From contig JAYTOU010000015.1 in the NCBI GenBank assembly GCA_043747615.1, positions 1-64,000 on the forward strand: a DNA stretch of 64,000 bases, given 5' to 3'. A model generated the notes under the pieces. The model ran no database searches. It saw nothing but the letters and a program-made list of their open reading frames with translations, and was not told the DNA's origin. How positions within the stretch are numbered: the first letter of the stretch is position 1; each line of letters begins with the position of its first letter. The translations under genes were made by a program, and so were the position numbers. Source of the DNA: Myxococcales bacterium (GTDB lineage: Bacteria > Myxococcota_A > Polyangia > Polyangiales > Polyangiaceae). This document shows, piece after piece, positions 29,220 to 39,191 of this stretch.

Positions 29220-29346
29220 TTAGACCTTTCGGCATCTCGGGCGGCGAGAAGTTCCCCGCAACCCTGAACAGGCGTTATACGCGAAGGGCGGCGAAGTGGT
29301 TCCAACCGCTTTGCATCCCGAATCGTCTTCCGGAGAGGTTTTCAAC

Positions 29347-30651
29347 ATGTCGTCAATCAATGCCTTCACCCCGCCCGCTAGCGGCGCCCCGATCACCATG
29401 GGTGTTGGAAACAAACTTCAGGTGCCGAACAATCCCATCGTCCCCTTCATCGAAGGCGACGGCACCGGTCGAGACATCTGGCGCGCGTCGGTCCGCGTGC
29501 TCGATGCGGCCGTGCAAAAGGCCTACGGCGGCGAGAGGAAGATCGCCTGGTACGAGGTCTTTGCCGGCGAGAAGGCATTTCAAGCCTTCAACAACTGGCT
29601 TCCCGACGAGACGGTCGAGGCCTTCCGCAAATACCTCGTCGGCATCAAGGGCCCGCTCACGACGCCGATCGGCGGCGGCATCCGTTCGCTGAACGTCGCT
29701 CTTCGCCAGATGCTCGATCTCTACGTGTGCCTCAGGCCCGTGCGCTGGTTCAAGGGCGTGCCCAGCCCCGTGAAGCACCCCGAATCGGTCGACATGGTGA
29801 TCTTCCGCGAGAACACGGAAGACATCTACGCCGGGATCGAGTTCGAAGCCGAGAGCGCCGAGGCGAAGAAGATCCTCGCCTTCATCGAGAAAGAGTTCCC
29901 GAAGGACTTCAAAAAAATTCGCTTCCCCGCGAGCACCGGCATCGGCGTGAAGCCGGTCAGCCGCGACGGCACCGAGCGCTTGATGCGCGCCGCGATCAAC
30001 TACGCGCTCCTCAAGAAGAGCAAGAGCGTCACCATCGTCCACAAGGGCAACATCATGAAGTACACCGAAGGCGCCTTCATGAAGTGGGGCTACGCCCTTG
30101 CCGAGAAGGAGTTCGGCGACAAGGTCTACACGTGGGCGGCCTGGGAAAAGACGAAAGACACGAAGGGCGAAGACGCCGCGAACGCCGAGCAAAAGGCCGA
30201 GCTCGCGAAGGGCAAGCTCCTCATCAAGGACGCCATCGCCGACATCACGCTCCAGCAAGTGCTCACGCGGCCGAAGGAGTTCGACGTCATCGCCACCCTC
30301 AACCTCAACGGCGACTACCTCTCCGACGCGCTCGCAGCCCAGGTCGGCGGAATCGGCATCGCCCCCGGCGGCAACATCAACTACGTCACCGGTCACGCCA
30401 TCTTCGAAGCGACGCACGGAACGGCACCGAAGTACGCGGATCTCGACAAGGTGAACCCGGGCAGCGTTATTCTTTCGGGCGAGATGATGCTTCGTCACAT
30501 GGGGTGGATAGAAGCGGCCGACCTCATCATCAAGGGGATGGACGGCGCCATCGCCAGCAAGCGCGTCACCTACGATTTTGCGCGGCTCATGGAAGGAGCC
30601 ACCGAGATCAAGTGCGGCGCCTTCGGGACCAACATCATCGAGCACATGTGA
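29347..30651 (+). CDS. icd: Isocitrate dehydrogenase (dimeric, E. coli type)
   Basis: [42 protein letters not shown]. Confidence 0.97.
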   Translation: MSSINAFTPPASGAPITMGVGNKLQVPNNPIVPFIEGDGTGRDIWRASVRVLDAAVQKAYGGERKIAWYEVFAGEKAFQAFNNWLPDETVEAFRKYLVGIKGPLTTPIGGGIRSLNVALRQMLDLYVCLRPVRWFKGVPSPVKHPESVDMVIFRENTEDIYAGIEFEAESAEAKKILAFIEKEFPKDFKKIRFPASTGIGVKPVSRDGTERLMRAAINYALLKKSKSVTIVHKGNIMKYTEGAFMKWGYALAEKEFGDKVYTWAAWEKTKDTKGEDAANAEQKAELAKGKLLIKDAIADITLQQVLTRPKEFDVIATLNLNGDYLSDALAAQVGGIGIAPGGNINYVTGHAIFEATHGTAPKYADLDKVNPGSVILSGEMMLRHMGWIEAADLIIKGMDGAIASKRVTYDFARLMEGATEIKCGAFGTNIIEHM

Positions 30652-30660
30652 CGAAGCACT

Positions 30661-31686
30661 TCACCAAGTGCCGTCGATGTTCTTGATGAAGTCGTACGGG
30701 TAGCCGAGGTCGGGCGCGCTTACGGCGTCGAGGCGCGCGACGGCTTCGGGGGGTAGCTCGAGGTCACCCGCGCCGAGATTCTCGTCGAGCTGGGCCACCG
30801 TGCGCGCGCCGAAGATCACCGACGAGACAACCTCACGCGCGAGGAGCCACGCGAGGGCGACCTGACTCGGCGGCTTCGACAGCTCCTTGGCGACGGAGAC
30901 GAGCGCCTCGACGATCGACCAATTTCGCTCGGTGTCGAAGCCCTTGTAGCGGTCTTTCCACTGCGCGAGCCGCGTGCCGGGAGGCGGTGATTGACCGCGC
31001 TGGTATTTCCCGGTCAGGAGCCCGGCGGCCAGCGGTGACCACGGCAAGATGCCGAGGCCGAACTTCGCGCAGAGCGGCACGTGCTCACGCTCCAGCGCAC
31101 GCGACGCGAGGTTGTACTGTGCTTGCAACGTGACGAACCTGTCGAGACCGCGCTTGTCCGCCACCCACAGCGATTCGACGAGCCGATAGGCCGCATAGTT
31201 CGAGGCGCCGAAGTACACGATTTTCCCCGCTCGCACGGCGTCGTCGAGCGCGCGCACGAGCTCGTCTTCCGGAGTGCGAAGGTCTTGCATGTGAATCTGG
31301 TAGAGATCGATTCGATCCGTGCCGAGGCGCGTCAGGCTGGCGTCGATCGCCTTGGTGATCCGCATCCGCGAGGCTCCGGTGCCGTTCGGACCCGGCGACA
31401 TTCGGAAGCGACCCTTGGTGGCAACGACGACCTTGTCGCGATTCTTGCGAGCCGCGAGCCAGGCCCCCAAGACACGCTCCGATAGACCGTCTTGACCGTA
31501 CACATCGGCGGTGTCGACGAAGTTGATCCCGGCGTCGAAGGCACGGTCGAGGACCGCGAAGCTCTCTTTCTCGTCGGAGCCGACGCCGTGCATGAAGGAT
31601 TTCTCGTCGGCTTCGCCAAACGTCATGGCGCCGAGACAGAGAACGGAGACCTGCGTGCCGGTCACTCCCAATTGGCGGTATTTCAT
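30661..31686 (-). CDS. Aldo/keto reductase
   Basis: LCLGAMTFG, DTADVY, IDLYQIH, WSPLAAG. Confidence 0.95.
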   Translation of the reverse strand: MKYRQLGVTGTQVSVLCLGAMTFGEADEKSFMHGVGSDEKESFAVLDRAFDAGINFVDTADVYGQDGLSERVLGAWLAARKNRDKVVVATKGRFRMSPGPNGTGASRMRITKAIDASLTRLGTDRIDLYQIHMQDLRTPEDELVRALDDAVRAGKIVYFGASNYAAYRLVESLWVADKRGLDRFVTLQAQYNLASRALEREHVPLCAKFGLGILPWSPLAAGLLTGKYQRGQSPPPGTRLAQWKDRYKGFDTERNWSIVEALVSVAKELSKPPSQVALAWLLAREVVSSVIFGARTVAQLDENLGAGDLELPPEAVARLDAVSAPDLGYPYDFIKNIDGTW

Positions 31687-31761
31687 GACGCGAGCTTAGC
31701 CTGGCTCGGCGCGCAATGCGTGGCTCTTGAGTCCTGGGACCTTCGGCACTAGAGGTGCGCC

Positions 31762-32700
31762 ATGCCCACCCGCAAGAAGATTGGTCTCATCGGCGCTGGC
31801 AACATCGGCGGAGAGCTTGCTCGCCTGCTCGCGAACAAAGAGCTCGGTGACGTTTGGCTCTACGACATCGCGGCGAAAGAAAATTTCGCCAAGGGCAAGG
31901 CCCTCGATCTCGAGCAAAACGGCTCCGTCCTCGGCTACGACGCCAACATCCGGGGCACGGCGAATTGGGAAGACCTGAAGGGCGCCGACGTCCTCATCAT
32001 CACCGCCGGCATTCCGCGCAAGCCGGGGCAGTCGCGCGACGATCTCGTGGCGAGCAACCTACCCATCATCCGCAACGTCGCCGAGAGCGCAAAAAAACAC
32101 TGCCCCGATGCGTTCGTCATCGTCATCTCGAATCCGCTCGACGCGATGGTCTACGAGTACAAGCGCGTCGTCGGCTGTTCGAAAGAAAAAGTCGTGGGCA
32201 TGGCCGGCGTGCTCGACTCTGCGCGTTTCCAGCTCTTTTTGGCGCGTGAAGCAGGCGTCAGCGTCAAGGACGTGCGCACGATGGTCCTCGGCGGCCACGG
32301 CGACGACATGGTTCACATCCTCGGCTGCTGCACGATCAATGGCATCCCCGTCTCGCAGCTCATCGAAAAAACGAAGCTCCAAGCGATCGTCGATCGCACC
32401 CGCAAGGGCGGAGGCGAGATCGTCAACCTGATGGGAACGAGCGCCTACTACGCGCCAGCGTCGAGCGCCGTGTCGATGGCCGAGGCTTTCTTGCTCGATC
32501 AGAAACGCCTCCTCCCCGCGGCCGCGTACCTCGACGGCGAGTACGGCTACAAGGACCTCTTCATGGGCGTGCCCGTCATCATCGGCGGCAAGGGCGTCGA
32601 GCGCATCGTGAAGGTCGAGCTGTCCGAAGAAGAAAAAGGAATGCTCGCCAAGAGCGCGGCGAGCGTTCAAGCGGTCGTCGACATCTGCAAGAAGGGCTGA
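31762..32700 (+). CDS. mdh: Malate dehydrogenase (LDH-like)
   Basis: GAGNIG, TAGIPRKPG.SRDDL, NPLD, VLDSARF, LGGHGD. Confidence 0.95.
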   Translation: MPTRKKIGLIGAGNIGGELARLLANKELGDVWLYDIAAKENFAKGKALDLEQNGSVLGYDANIRGTANWEDLKGADVLIITAGIPRKPGQSRDDLVASNLPIIRNVAESAKKHCPDAFVIVISNPLDAMVYEYKRVVGCSKEKVVGMAGVLDSARFQLFLAREAGVSVKDVRTMVLGGHGDDMVHILGCCTINGIPVSQLIEKTKLQAIVDRTRKGGGEIVNLMGTSAYYAPASSAVSMAEAFLLDQKRLLPAAAYLDGEYGYKDLFMGVPVIIGGKGVERIVKVELSEEEKGMLAKSAASVQAVVDICKKG

Positions 32701-32710
32701 CCCAAGCCAG

Positions 32711-33532
32711 ATGGCAGACGAGCTACAAGTCCCCTCGGGCGTCCTTCGCATCAACCGTTTTGGCGATCCGGGGGGCCGGCTCACGATCTGCGTGCACGGC
32801 CTCTCCGCCAACTCGCGCAGCTTCGATTTCGTGGCTGAGTCGATCGCTTCCCCCAAGCGGGCGGTGGTGGCCATCGATCTGCGCGGGCGCGGATGGAGCG
32901 AGATCACGCCGGCCGGCACCTACGGTTGGGGAAATCACGCCAAGGACGTCCTCGACGTGGCAACCGCGCTTGGCCGGACGACGTTCGATTACGTCGGTCA
33001 CTCGATGGGCGCCTTCATCGGGATGGATCTCGCGAAGCGCGCTCCGGAGCGCGTGGAAAAGCTCGCACTGATCGACGCCATCGGTGTCCCTGAGGCGGGA
33101 GCAATGCCGTCCATCTTCGCCGCGGTGCAGCGCCTGGGCACCGTGCATCCGAGCGCCGAGGCGTACGTCGCGGCGCTGAAGAAGCTCGGGACGATCGACC
33201 CTTGGAATGACTACTGGGATGCGCACTACCGCTACGACTTGGTTCCTTCGGCAGAGGGTGTCGTGGCCCGCACGGACAAAACCGCGGTGATGGAAGACGT
33301 AGCCTACGCCAGCTTGCAGCAGCCGCGCAGTTACTGGCCGAGCATCACGATGGACACGATCCTCCTGCGCGCCTCACGGCTGCTGGGAAGCGGATTCATC
33401 GTGAGCGAGGACGATCGCAAGCGTTTCGTAGCGACTGCACCCCGTGCGCGCGCGGTCGACATCGATGCAAACCACTACGGCATCATGATGCACCCCAGCA
33501 CTGCCCAGCATCTCGGAGAATTCTTCAAATGA
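32711..33532 (+). CDS. Alpha/beta hydrolase
   Basis: HGLSAN, DLRGRG, GHSMGA, NHY. Confidence 0.9.
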   Translation: MADELQVPSGVLRINRFGDPGGRLTICVHGLSANSRSFDFVAESIASPKRAVVAIDLRGRGWSEITPAGTYGWGNHAKDVLDVATALGRTTFDYVGHSMGAFIGMDLAKRAPERVEKLALIDAIGVPEAGAMPSIFAAVQRLGTVHPSAEAYVAALKKLGTIDPWNDYWDAHYRYDLVPSAEGVVARTDKTAVMEDVAYASLQQPRSYWPSITMDTILLRASRLLGSGFIVSEDDRKRFVATAPRARAVDIDANHYGIMMHPSTAQHLGEFFK

Positions 33533-34302
33533 CGGATCTCGTTTCGCTCCCTGGAAAACGGGCACTCGTCACCGGCGCGGCCTCGGGCATCGGTCTCGCC
33601 ATCGCACGGGAGCTCGCTGCCGCTGGGGCCGAGGTCATCCTGAGTGATCTCGCCATCGGACCGCTCGAGCAGCTCTCTTCGGAAATTCCGAAGTCGCGCG
33701 CGCTCGCCGCGGATCTGTCCTCACGCGAGGCGGTGAACAAGCTCATCGCGGATGCAGGCAAGATCGACATCCTCGTCAACAACGCGGGGATTCAGCACGT
33801 CAGCCCCGTGCACGAGTTCGACGTCGCGAAGTGGGATTTCATCATGAGCGTCATGCTCACCGCTCCGTTCCTGCTCATTCGCGGCCTCATCCCGGGCATG
33901 TACGAACGAAAGTGGGGGCGCATCCTCAACGTCGGATCCGTGCACAGCCTCGTGGCGTCGCCGTTCAAGTCGGCCTACGTCTCGGCGAAGCACGGCCTGG
34001 TCGGTCTCACCAAGACCGTCGCCCTCGAAGCCGGAACGCACGGGAGCGGCGTGACGGCGAACGCGCTCTGCCCCTCCTACGTGCGAACGCCGCTCGTGGA
34101 GAAGCAGATCGCCGATCAAGCGCGTGTGCACGGGATCGCGGAGTCGGAGGTGATCGAGAAGATCTTGCTCACGCAAAACGCCGTGAAGCGTCTCATCGAT
34201 CCGGCAGACGTCGGGAAGCTCGCCGCGTTCTTGTGCAGGGACGACGCATGGTCGATCACTGGCGCTGCCCTCACCATGGATGCCGGCTGGCTCGCGCACT
34301 GA
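33529..34302 (+). CDS. bdhA: 3-hydroxybutyrate dehydrogenase (SDR)
   Basis: TGAASGIG, NNAGIQHV, SVHSLVASPFKSAYVSAKHG, VRTPLVEKQI. Confidence 0.88.
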   Translation: MTDLVSLPGKRALVTGAASGIGLAIARELAAAGAEVILSDLAIGPLEQLSSEIPKSRALAADLSSREAVNKLIADAGKIDILVNNAGIQHVSPVHEFDVAKWDFIMSVMLTAPFLLIRGLIPGMYERKWGRILNVGSVHSLVASPFKSAYVSAKHGLVGLTKTVALEAGTHGSGVTANALCPSYVRTPLVEKQIADQARVHGIAESEVIEKILLTQNAVKRLIDPADVGKLAAFLCRDDAWSITGAALTMDAGWLAH

Positions 34303-37300
34303 ATTTTCCTCCTGAGCTGCCCATCTCGGCGCGCGTCGCCGACATCGCCATCGCGGTCAACGCGCACCCGGTGGTCATCGTCGCCGGCGCCACGGGCTCA
34401 GGCAAGACGACGCAGCTTCCCAAGATCGCCCTCGGCATGGGGCGTGGGATCGAAAAGCAGATTGGCGTTACCCAGCCGCGCCGCATAGCTGCCACCAGCG
34501 TCGCTGCCCGGGTCGCGACGGAGCTCGGATCCACGCTCGGTGCCGACGTCGGCTATCAGGTCCGCTTCGACGATCGCACCAGCGCGGCCACCTACGTGAA
34601 GTTCATGACCGACGGGATCTTGCTGGCAGAGATCCACGGCGATCCTCTCCTGCGTCGCTACGACACGATCATCATCGACGAGGCGCATGAGCGCAGCTTG
34701 ACGATCGATTTTCTCCTCGGATGGATCAAACGGATCCTGCCCAAGCGGCCCGACCTCAAGGTCATCGTGAGCTCGGCGACGCTTGAGACCGAGCGCTTCT
34801 CGGCCTTCTTCGACGGCGCGCCGGTGATCGAGGTGCAAGGGCGGACGTACCCGGTCGACGTTTTGTACGAGCCGCCGGCGAAGGATATCGATCTCGCGGA
34901 GGCGGTCGCCGACGCCGTCGCGAATGTCACCACCCTCGACCCTCAGGGTGACATCCTGGTCTTCTTGCCGGGCGAGCGAGAAATTCGCGACGCCGAAAAC
35001 GCGCTCAACGCCCGTAATTTGCGGCACACGGTGATCCAGCCGCTCTACGCACGGCTCTCGGCGTCCGACCAAGCGCGCGTCTTCACCCGCCTCCCGCAGC
35101 GGCGCGTGATCTTGGCCACCAACGTCGCCGAAACCTCGGTCACCATCCCCGGCATCGTCTATGTCGTCGACACAGGTGTGGCGCGCCTCTCGCGTTACGA
35201 CGGTCGCTCCGGCATCACGCGACTCCAAGTCGAAGGCATCTCGCAGGCGAGTGCCGACCAACGCAAGGGTCGCTGCGGCCGCGTCCGCGCGGGCGTGTGC
35301 GTACGTCTCTACGATGAAGCGAGCTTCGCGTCGCGCCAGGCTTTCACCGATCCGGAGATCAAACGCACCGGTCTCGCTGGCGTCATCTTGCGCATGAAGT
35401 CCCTCGGCCTGGGTGACGTGGAAGACTTTCCCTTTCTCGATCCGCCGCACTCGAAAGCGGTGAGCGAGGGCTACCGCGTCCTCGAAGAGCTCGGCGCCAT
35501 CGACGACAAGCGGGTGCTCACGAAGTTGGGCGAGCAGCTGGCGCGGTTCCCCGTCGATCCGCGCATTGGACGCATGATCCTGGCGGGCGCCGACCAGCGT
35601 TGTCTCCGCGACGTTCTTGTCGTCGCCGCAGCCTTGAATGTCCAAGATCCACGTGAACGTCCGCGTGAGCACCGGCAAAAAGCCGACGAGCTTCATCGGC
35701 GCTTCGCCGACGAACGCTCCGACTTCGTAAGCCTCCTTCGCCTCTGGGGCTTCGTGCGAGAAGCGGAGAAAAAAGGCAGCTCGCATTTGCGCCGGGTCTG
35801 TCGCGACGGGTTTCTATCCTGGGTCCGTGTGCGCGAATGGACCGAAATCCATCGTCAGCTCGAGGACATCGTCAAGGAGCTTGGGCTCGACAAATCGAAG
35901 ACCGCAGCCGCCATCATTCCCGCCGCCACGATGGACGAGAACGCGCTCCATCGCGCGCTCCTCACCGGCCTATTGTCGAAGGTCGGATTCTGGCACCCAG
36001 AGGCCCGCGTGTACCTCGGCGCGAGGCAAACCAAGTTCGCGCTCCATCCGTCGTCATCGCTCGCGAAGCGACCGCCGGCGTGGATCATGGCGTTCGAGCT
36101 GGTGGAGACGACCCAGCTCTTTGCCCGAATGGCGGCCAAGATCGATCCCGAGTGGCTGATCGACGCTGCCCCCCACCTCCTGAAACGAAGCTATTCGGAG
36201 CCGCATTGGTCGGAAAAATCTGCCCGCGCGTCGATCAAGGAGCACGTGACCCTCCTCGGTCTCACCGTCGCCAAAGACCGCAGCGTCGACTACGCCAGCG
36301 TTGCTCCTGCGGCCGCCCGCCAGATGTTTCTCGATCATGCGCTCGTGCGTGGCGAGTACCGATCCCGCGGCGCGTTCCAGGAAAAGAACCGCGCCCTCCT
36401 CGAGACGGTGGCAAAGCTCCGCGACAAAGGTCGCATGAGCGACATGATGGCGGACGACGAAGCGCTCCTCGCCTTCTTCGATCGGCGCGTGCCGGACGCG
36501 GTAGTCAACGGCCAGCGTTTCGAGGTCTGGCGCGAAGAAGCGGAGAAGACCAATCGCACCGTTTTGGATCTCACCCTCACCGATGTCATGGTCGGGGACC
36601 GCGCGCTCACCCCGGGAGACTTTCCAGATACTCTGCGCCTCCACGGGGCAGAGATTTCGGCGACCTACAAATTCGACCCCTCCGCCGACGACGACGGGGT
36701 GACGCTCGCGGTTCCTCTGGGGCTCCTGCCGCAGCTCGACCCGGGCGATCTCGATTGGACGATGCCCGGTTGGCAGGCCGAGAAGATCACCTACTTCCTC
36801 CACGACCTTCCGAAGGCGACGCGTCGGGAGATCTCCGAGTCCGGAGGGAGCCTGAATGACGTCGCGCGCACGCTTGCTTCGAGCCTCGTGCCATTCGACG
36901 GACCGATGATTCCCGCGCTGGCAAAAGCTCTGTCCACGCTTATCGGGTCGCGCGTTACGACGGATCAGTTTCGTCCGGCGAACGCGCCGCGCCATTTACA
37001 GTTCCTGATCGAGGTGCTCGGCGAAGGGGGAAGGGTGGTCGCCGAAGGGCGTAATCTTGCCGAGCTACAGGGGCACCTCGGGGTCCGCGCGCGCGAGGCG
37101 TTGAAGAGCGCCGGCCCGGATCGCGTGACCGAGCGAACGTGGGAGCGTTCCGGGCTCACGAGTTGGGATTTCGGCGACCTGCCGCCATTCGTGATTCGCC
37201 GAGTTGCGGGGACGGACCTCCGGACGTATCCGGCGATCGTCGACAATGGCAAATCGGTCGATCTCGGTCTTGTCGAGTCGCTTGCCGCGGCCGAAGGTGC

Positions 37301-38033
37301 GTCCCGCAAGGGCGTGCGCCGGCTCTTCACGCTCGCCGCACGCCGTGAGCTTTCGTCGATCTCGCCACGTCTCCCGCGCCCGCTCGGTTCGCCGAACGGC
37401 GCCATGCACGCGCGCGCACGCAACGACGCGTTCCAGACGCACCTGCTCGCACGCATCGTCGATGGCGCTTTTCAGCTCGAAGGTGGCGCGCCGCTCCCGC
37501 GGACGAAAGCGGCCTTCGATGCCCAGCTCTCCGCCGGAGTCCCCAAGCTCGACGGACTCTTTCGCCTGTGGTCGCAGAATCTGAGCCTCGCCGCTCTCGA
37601 GCTCGACAAGACCCTCACCGCCTTGCGAGCGGCGGCGAAACATCCGAGCGGGCGCACGGCCACTCTCGAGCTTCAAGCTCAGATGGAAGCGCTCGTCCCG
37701 GACGATCTCGTGGCCTGGATTCCGCTAGCGCGCCTCGAGCACTACCCGCGTTACCTCCGCGCCGCGCAGACCCGCCTGGCGCGCGCCGTGACCGATCCTC
37801 GCAAGGACGCCGAGAAGCTCGCCCCCGTGACCGCGCTTTGGTCGTCGTTCATGACAAAGCAAAAGCGCGCGCGCGACGACGAGGCGAGCGAGGTGCAAGA
37901 GATCCGCTGGCTCTTCGAGGAGCTGAGGGTGGCGGTGTTCGCCCCGGAGCTGAAGACGGCGGTACCGGTCTCGGCCAAGCGGATCACCGACTTGATCGCC
38001 GCGCTCACGCTGCGTGGTGCCAACCTCGGATAG
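34248..38033 (+). CDS. hrpA: ATP-dependent RNA helicase HrpA (start ATG 34248 or CTG 34299)
   Basis: GATGSGKTTQLPK, DEAH, SAT, QRKGRCGR, C-terminal EELRV..FA.EL. Confidence 0.95.
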   Translation: MVDHWRCPHHGCRLARALNFPPELPISARVADIAIAVNAHPVVIVAGATGSGKTTQLPKIALGMGRGIEKQIGVTQPRRIAATSVAARVATELGSTLGADVGYQVRFDDRTSAATYVKFMTDGILLAEIHGDPLLRRYDTIIIDEAHERSLTIDFLLGWIKRILPKRPDLKVIVSSATLETERFSAFFDGAPVIEVQGRTYPVDVLYEPPAKDIDLAEAVADAVANVTTLDPQGDILVFLPGEREIRDAENALNARNLRHTVIQPLYARLSASDQARVFTRLPQRRVILATNVAETSVTIPGIVYVVDTGVARLSRYDGRSGITRLQVEGISQASADQRKGRCGRVRAGVCVRLYDEASFASRQAFTDPEIKRTGLAGVILRMKSLGLGDVEDFPFLDPPHSKAVSEGYRVLEELGAIDDKRVLTKLGEQLARFPVDPRIGRMILAGADQRCLRDVLVVAAALNVQDPRERPREHRQKADELHRRFADERSDFVSLLRLWGFVREAEKKGSSHLRRVCRDGFLSWVRVREWTEIHRQLEDIVKELGLDKSKTAAAIIPAATMDENALHRALLTGLLSKVGFWHPEARVYLGARQTKFALHPSSSLAKRPPAWIMAFELVETTQLFARMAAKIDPEWLIDAAPHLLKRSYSEPHWSEKSARASIKEHVTLLGLTVAKDRSVDYASVAPAAARQMFLDHALVRGEYRSRGAFQEKNRALLETVAKLRDKGRMSDMMADDEALLAFFDRRVPDAVVNGQRFEVWREEAEKTNRTVLDLTLTDVMVGDRALTPGDFPDTLRLHGAEISATYKFDPSADDDGVTLAVPLGLLPQLDPGDLDWTMPGWQAEKITYFLHDLPKATRREISESGGSLNDVARTLASSLVPFDGPMIPALAKALSTLIGSRVTTDQFRPANAPRHLQFLIEVLGEGGRVVAEGRNLAELQGHLGVRAREALKSAGPDRVTERTWERSGLTSWDFGDLPPFVIRRVAGTDLRTYPAIVDNGKSVDLGLVESLAAAEGASRKGVRRLFTLAARRELSSISPRLPRPLGSPNGAMHARARNDAFQTHLLARIVDGAFQLEGGAPLPRTKAAFDAQLSAGVPKLDGLFRLWSQNLSLAALELDKTLTALRAAAKHPSGRTATLELQAQMEALVPDDLVAWIPLARLEHYPRYLRAAQTRLARAVTDPRKDAEKLAPVTALWSSFMTKQKRARDDEASEVQEIRWLFEELRVAVFAPELKTAVPVSAKRITDLIAALTLRGANLG

Positions 38034-38137
38034 GAGGTCGGCGCATTCGCATTTCGTGGCTTGCCGCCGGCGACGGCGTCGTCGCCTCACGCATGACGAC
38101 GCTCGAGCGTGCCCCTCCCCCGGCGCTAGGCTACCGC

Positions 38138-38496
38138 ATGCGATCCGTACGAGTCCCCGTCACCGCCCTCCTGCTGCTTGGCGCCATCGCGCTTGGTTCC
38201 GGCGTGATGTGCGGCGGCACGGGCGATGGCACAACCCCCATGGATGCCGGGTTTCCGTTCGACTGCAACGACCACGCGCACTGGTCGGGTACTACGCCCT
38301 CTATGTCCGCGGCGAGATCGACGTCGTCCGGCCCGCGGACGGCTCGATGCAGCGGCTGACCGCACCGAGCGGCTATGTATACGGGAATCCGATCTACGTA
38401 TCCGCAACCGAAGCGTGGGCGCCGCTCGGAGCGAAGGGTGGGTCGTTCGGCGTTGCGCTTCTCCGACTGCCGCTCAGCGCGTGGCCGGATCTGTAA
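38138..38496 (+). pseudogene. Collapsed lipoprotein remnant (signal peptide joined out of frame to a C-terminal fragment)
   Basis: MRSVRVPVTALLLLGAIALGSGVMC..PMDAG in one frame, then YYALYVRGEIDVVR..ATEAW..LLRLPL* in another. Confidence 0.5.
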
Positions 38497-38556
38497 CGTT
38501 GGCGTGTCGATGAAGTACTTCGCCGGAGATGGGGGGCGCGCCTGCAGGGTGCTCGT

Positions 38557-38585
38557 TTGACATCCTCTCTGGAGGACTTCAAAGT
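38557..38585 (+). promoter_or_regulatory. Sigma70-type promoter and operator of the TA operon
   Basis: TTGACA-N17-CAAAGT, 7 nt before the ATG; palindrome TCCTC-TCTG-GAGGA in the spacer. Confidence 0.65.
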
Positions 38586-38592
38586 ACATCCC

Positions 38593-38850
38593 ATGCCCCC
38601 GTCGTCCTCTTCGGCCGCGTCTCTCGAGCGTGTGAACCTGAACCTGCCCCCCATCGCGCGGGATAAGCTGCGCTCGCTCGCCAAAGCGGCCGGGCAACCG
38701 GAAGGGGTCTACGCACGGGAGCTCCTCCTCTCGGCCCTCGCCCGCGCCGAGGCCAAGGCGTTTCGTCGTCAACTCGAGGCCTCGCGCTCCCCAGCGCGTC
38801 GCGAGCGGGATCGGCAGATCGCTACCTCGATCGAGCGCCTTCGTGGCTAA
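38593..38850 (+). CDS. Putative ribbon-helix-helix antitoxin
   Basis: RVNLNLP..RDKLRSLA..YARELL RHH pattern; overlaps the toxin start by 8 nt. Confidence 0.7.
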   Translation: MPPSSSSAASLERVNLNLPPIARDKLRSLAKAAGQPEGVYARELLLSALARAEAKAFRRQLEASRSPARRERDRQIATSIERLRG

Positions 38851-39181
38851 GCGGGGGGAGGTGCTCGTCGTCCGGCGCAAGCTCGGCTTTGGGGCCGAAG
38901 GCAAGGCCGAGCATTTCGCCGTCCTCCAGTCCGATCACCTCCGCAATCTGGATACGGCAATGGTGGCGCCGCTCGACCTCGACGGCCCGCTCTACGAGGG
39001 TGATCCGCTCGTCGTGCGCATCTCTCCGAAGGAGGCGGGCACCAAGCAGCCGCACGTCGTGCTCGTCCACTTGCTGTCGGCGACGCTGCTCGACCGCTTC
39101 GAAGCGGCACACGTCGGCAGGCTCTCCGCAGCGGCGATGGCGAAGGTCGACGTGCTGTTGCGGCTGGCACTCGACGTGTAG
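38843..39181 (+). CDS. PemK/MazF (CcdB-fold) type II toxin
   Basis: KRGEVLVV, AVLQSD..TAMVAPL, VGRLS..MAKVD.LLRLALDV. Confidence 0.8.
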   Translation: MAKRGEVLVVRRKLGFGAEGKAEHFAVLQSDHLRNLDTAMVAPLDLDGPLYEGDPLVVRISPKEAGTKQPHVVLVHLLSATLLDRFEAAHVGRLSAAAMAKVDVLLRLALDV

Positions 39182-39191
39182 CCCTAGCGCT

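Noticed and set aside
27129..29267. 712-aa + strand ORF and similar long antisense ORFs (1296-2603, 29353-30645, 41489-42895, 49742-51502, 56439-58694, 59007-60173)
   Set aside because: Antisense shadows of well-supported genes; expected in high-GC DNA and lacking recognisable motifs
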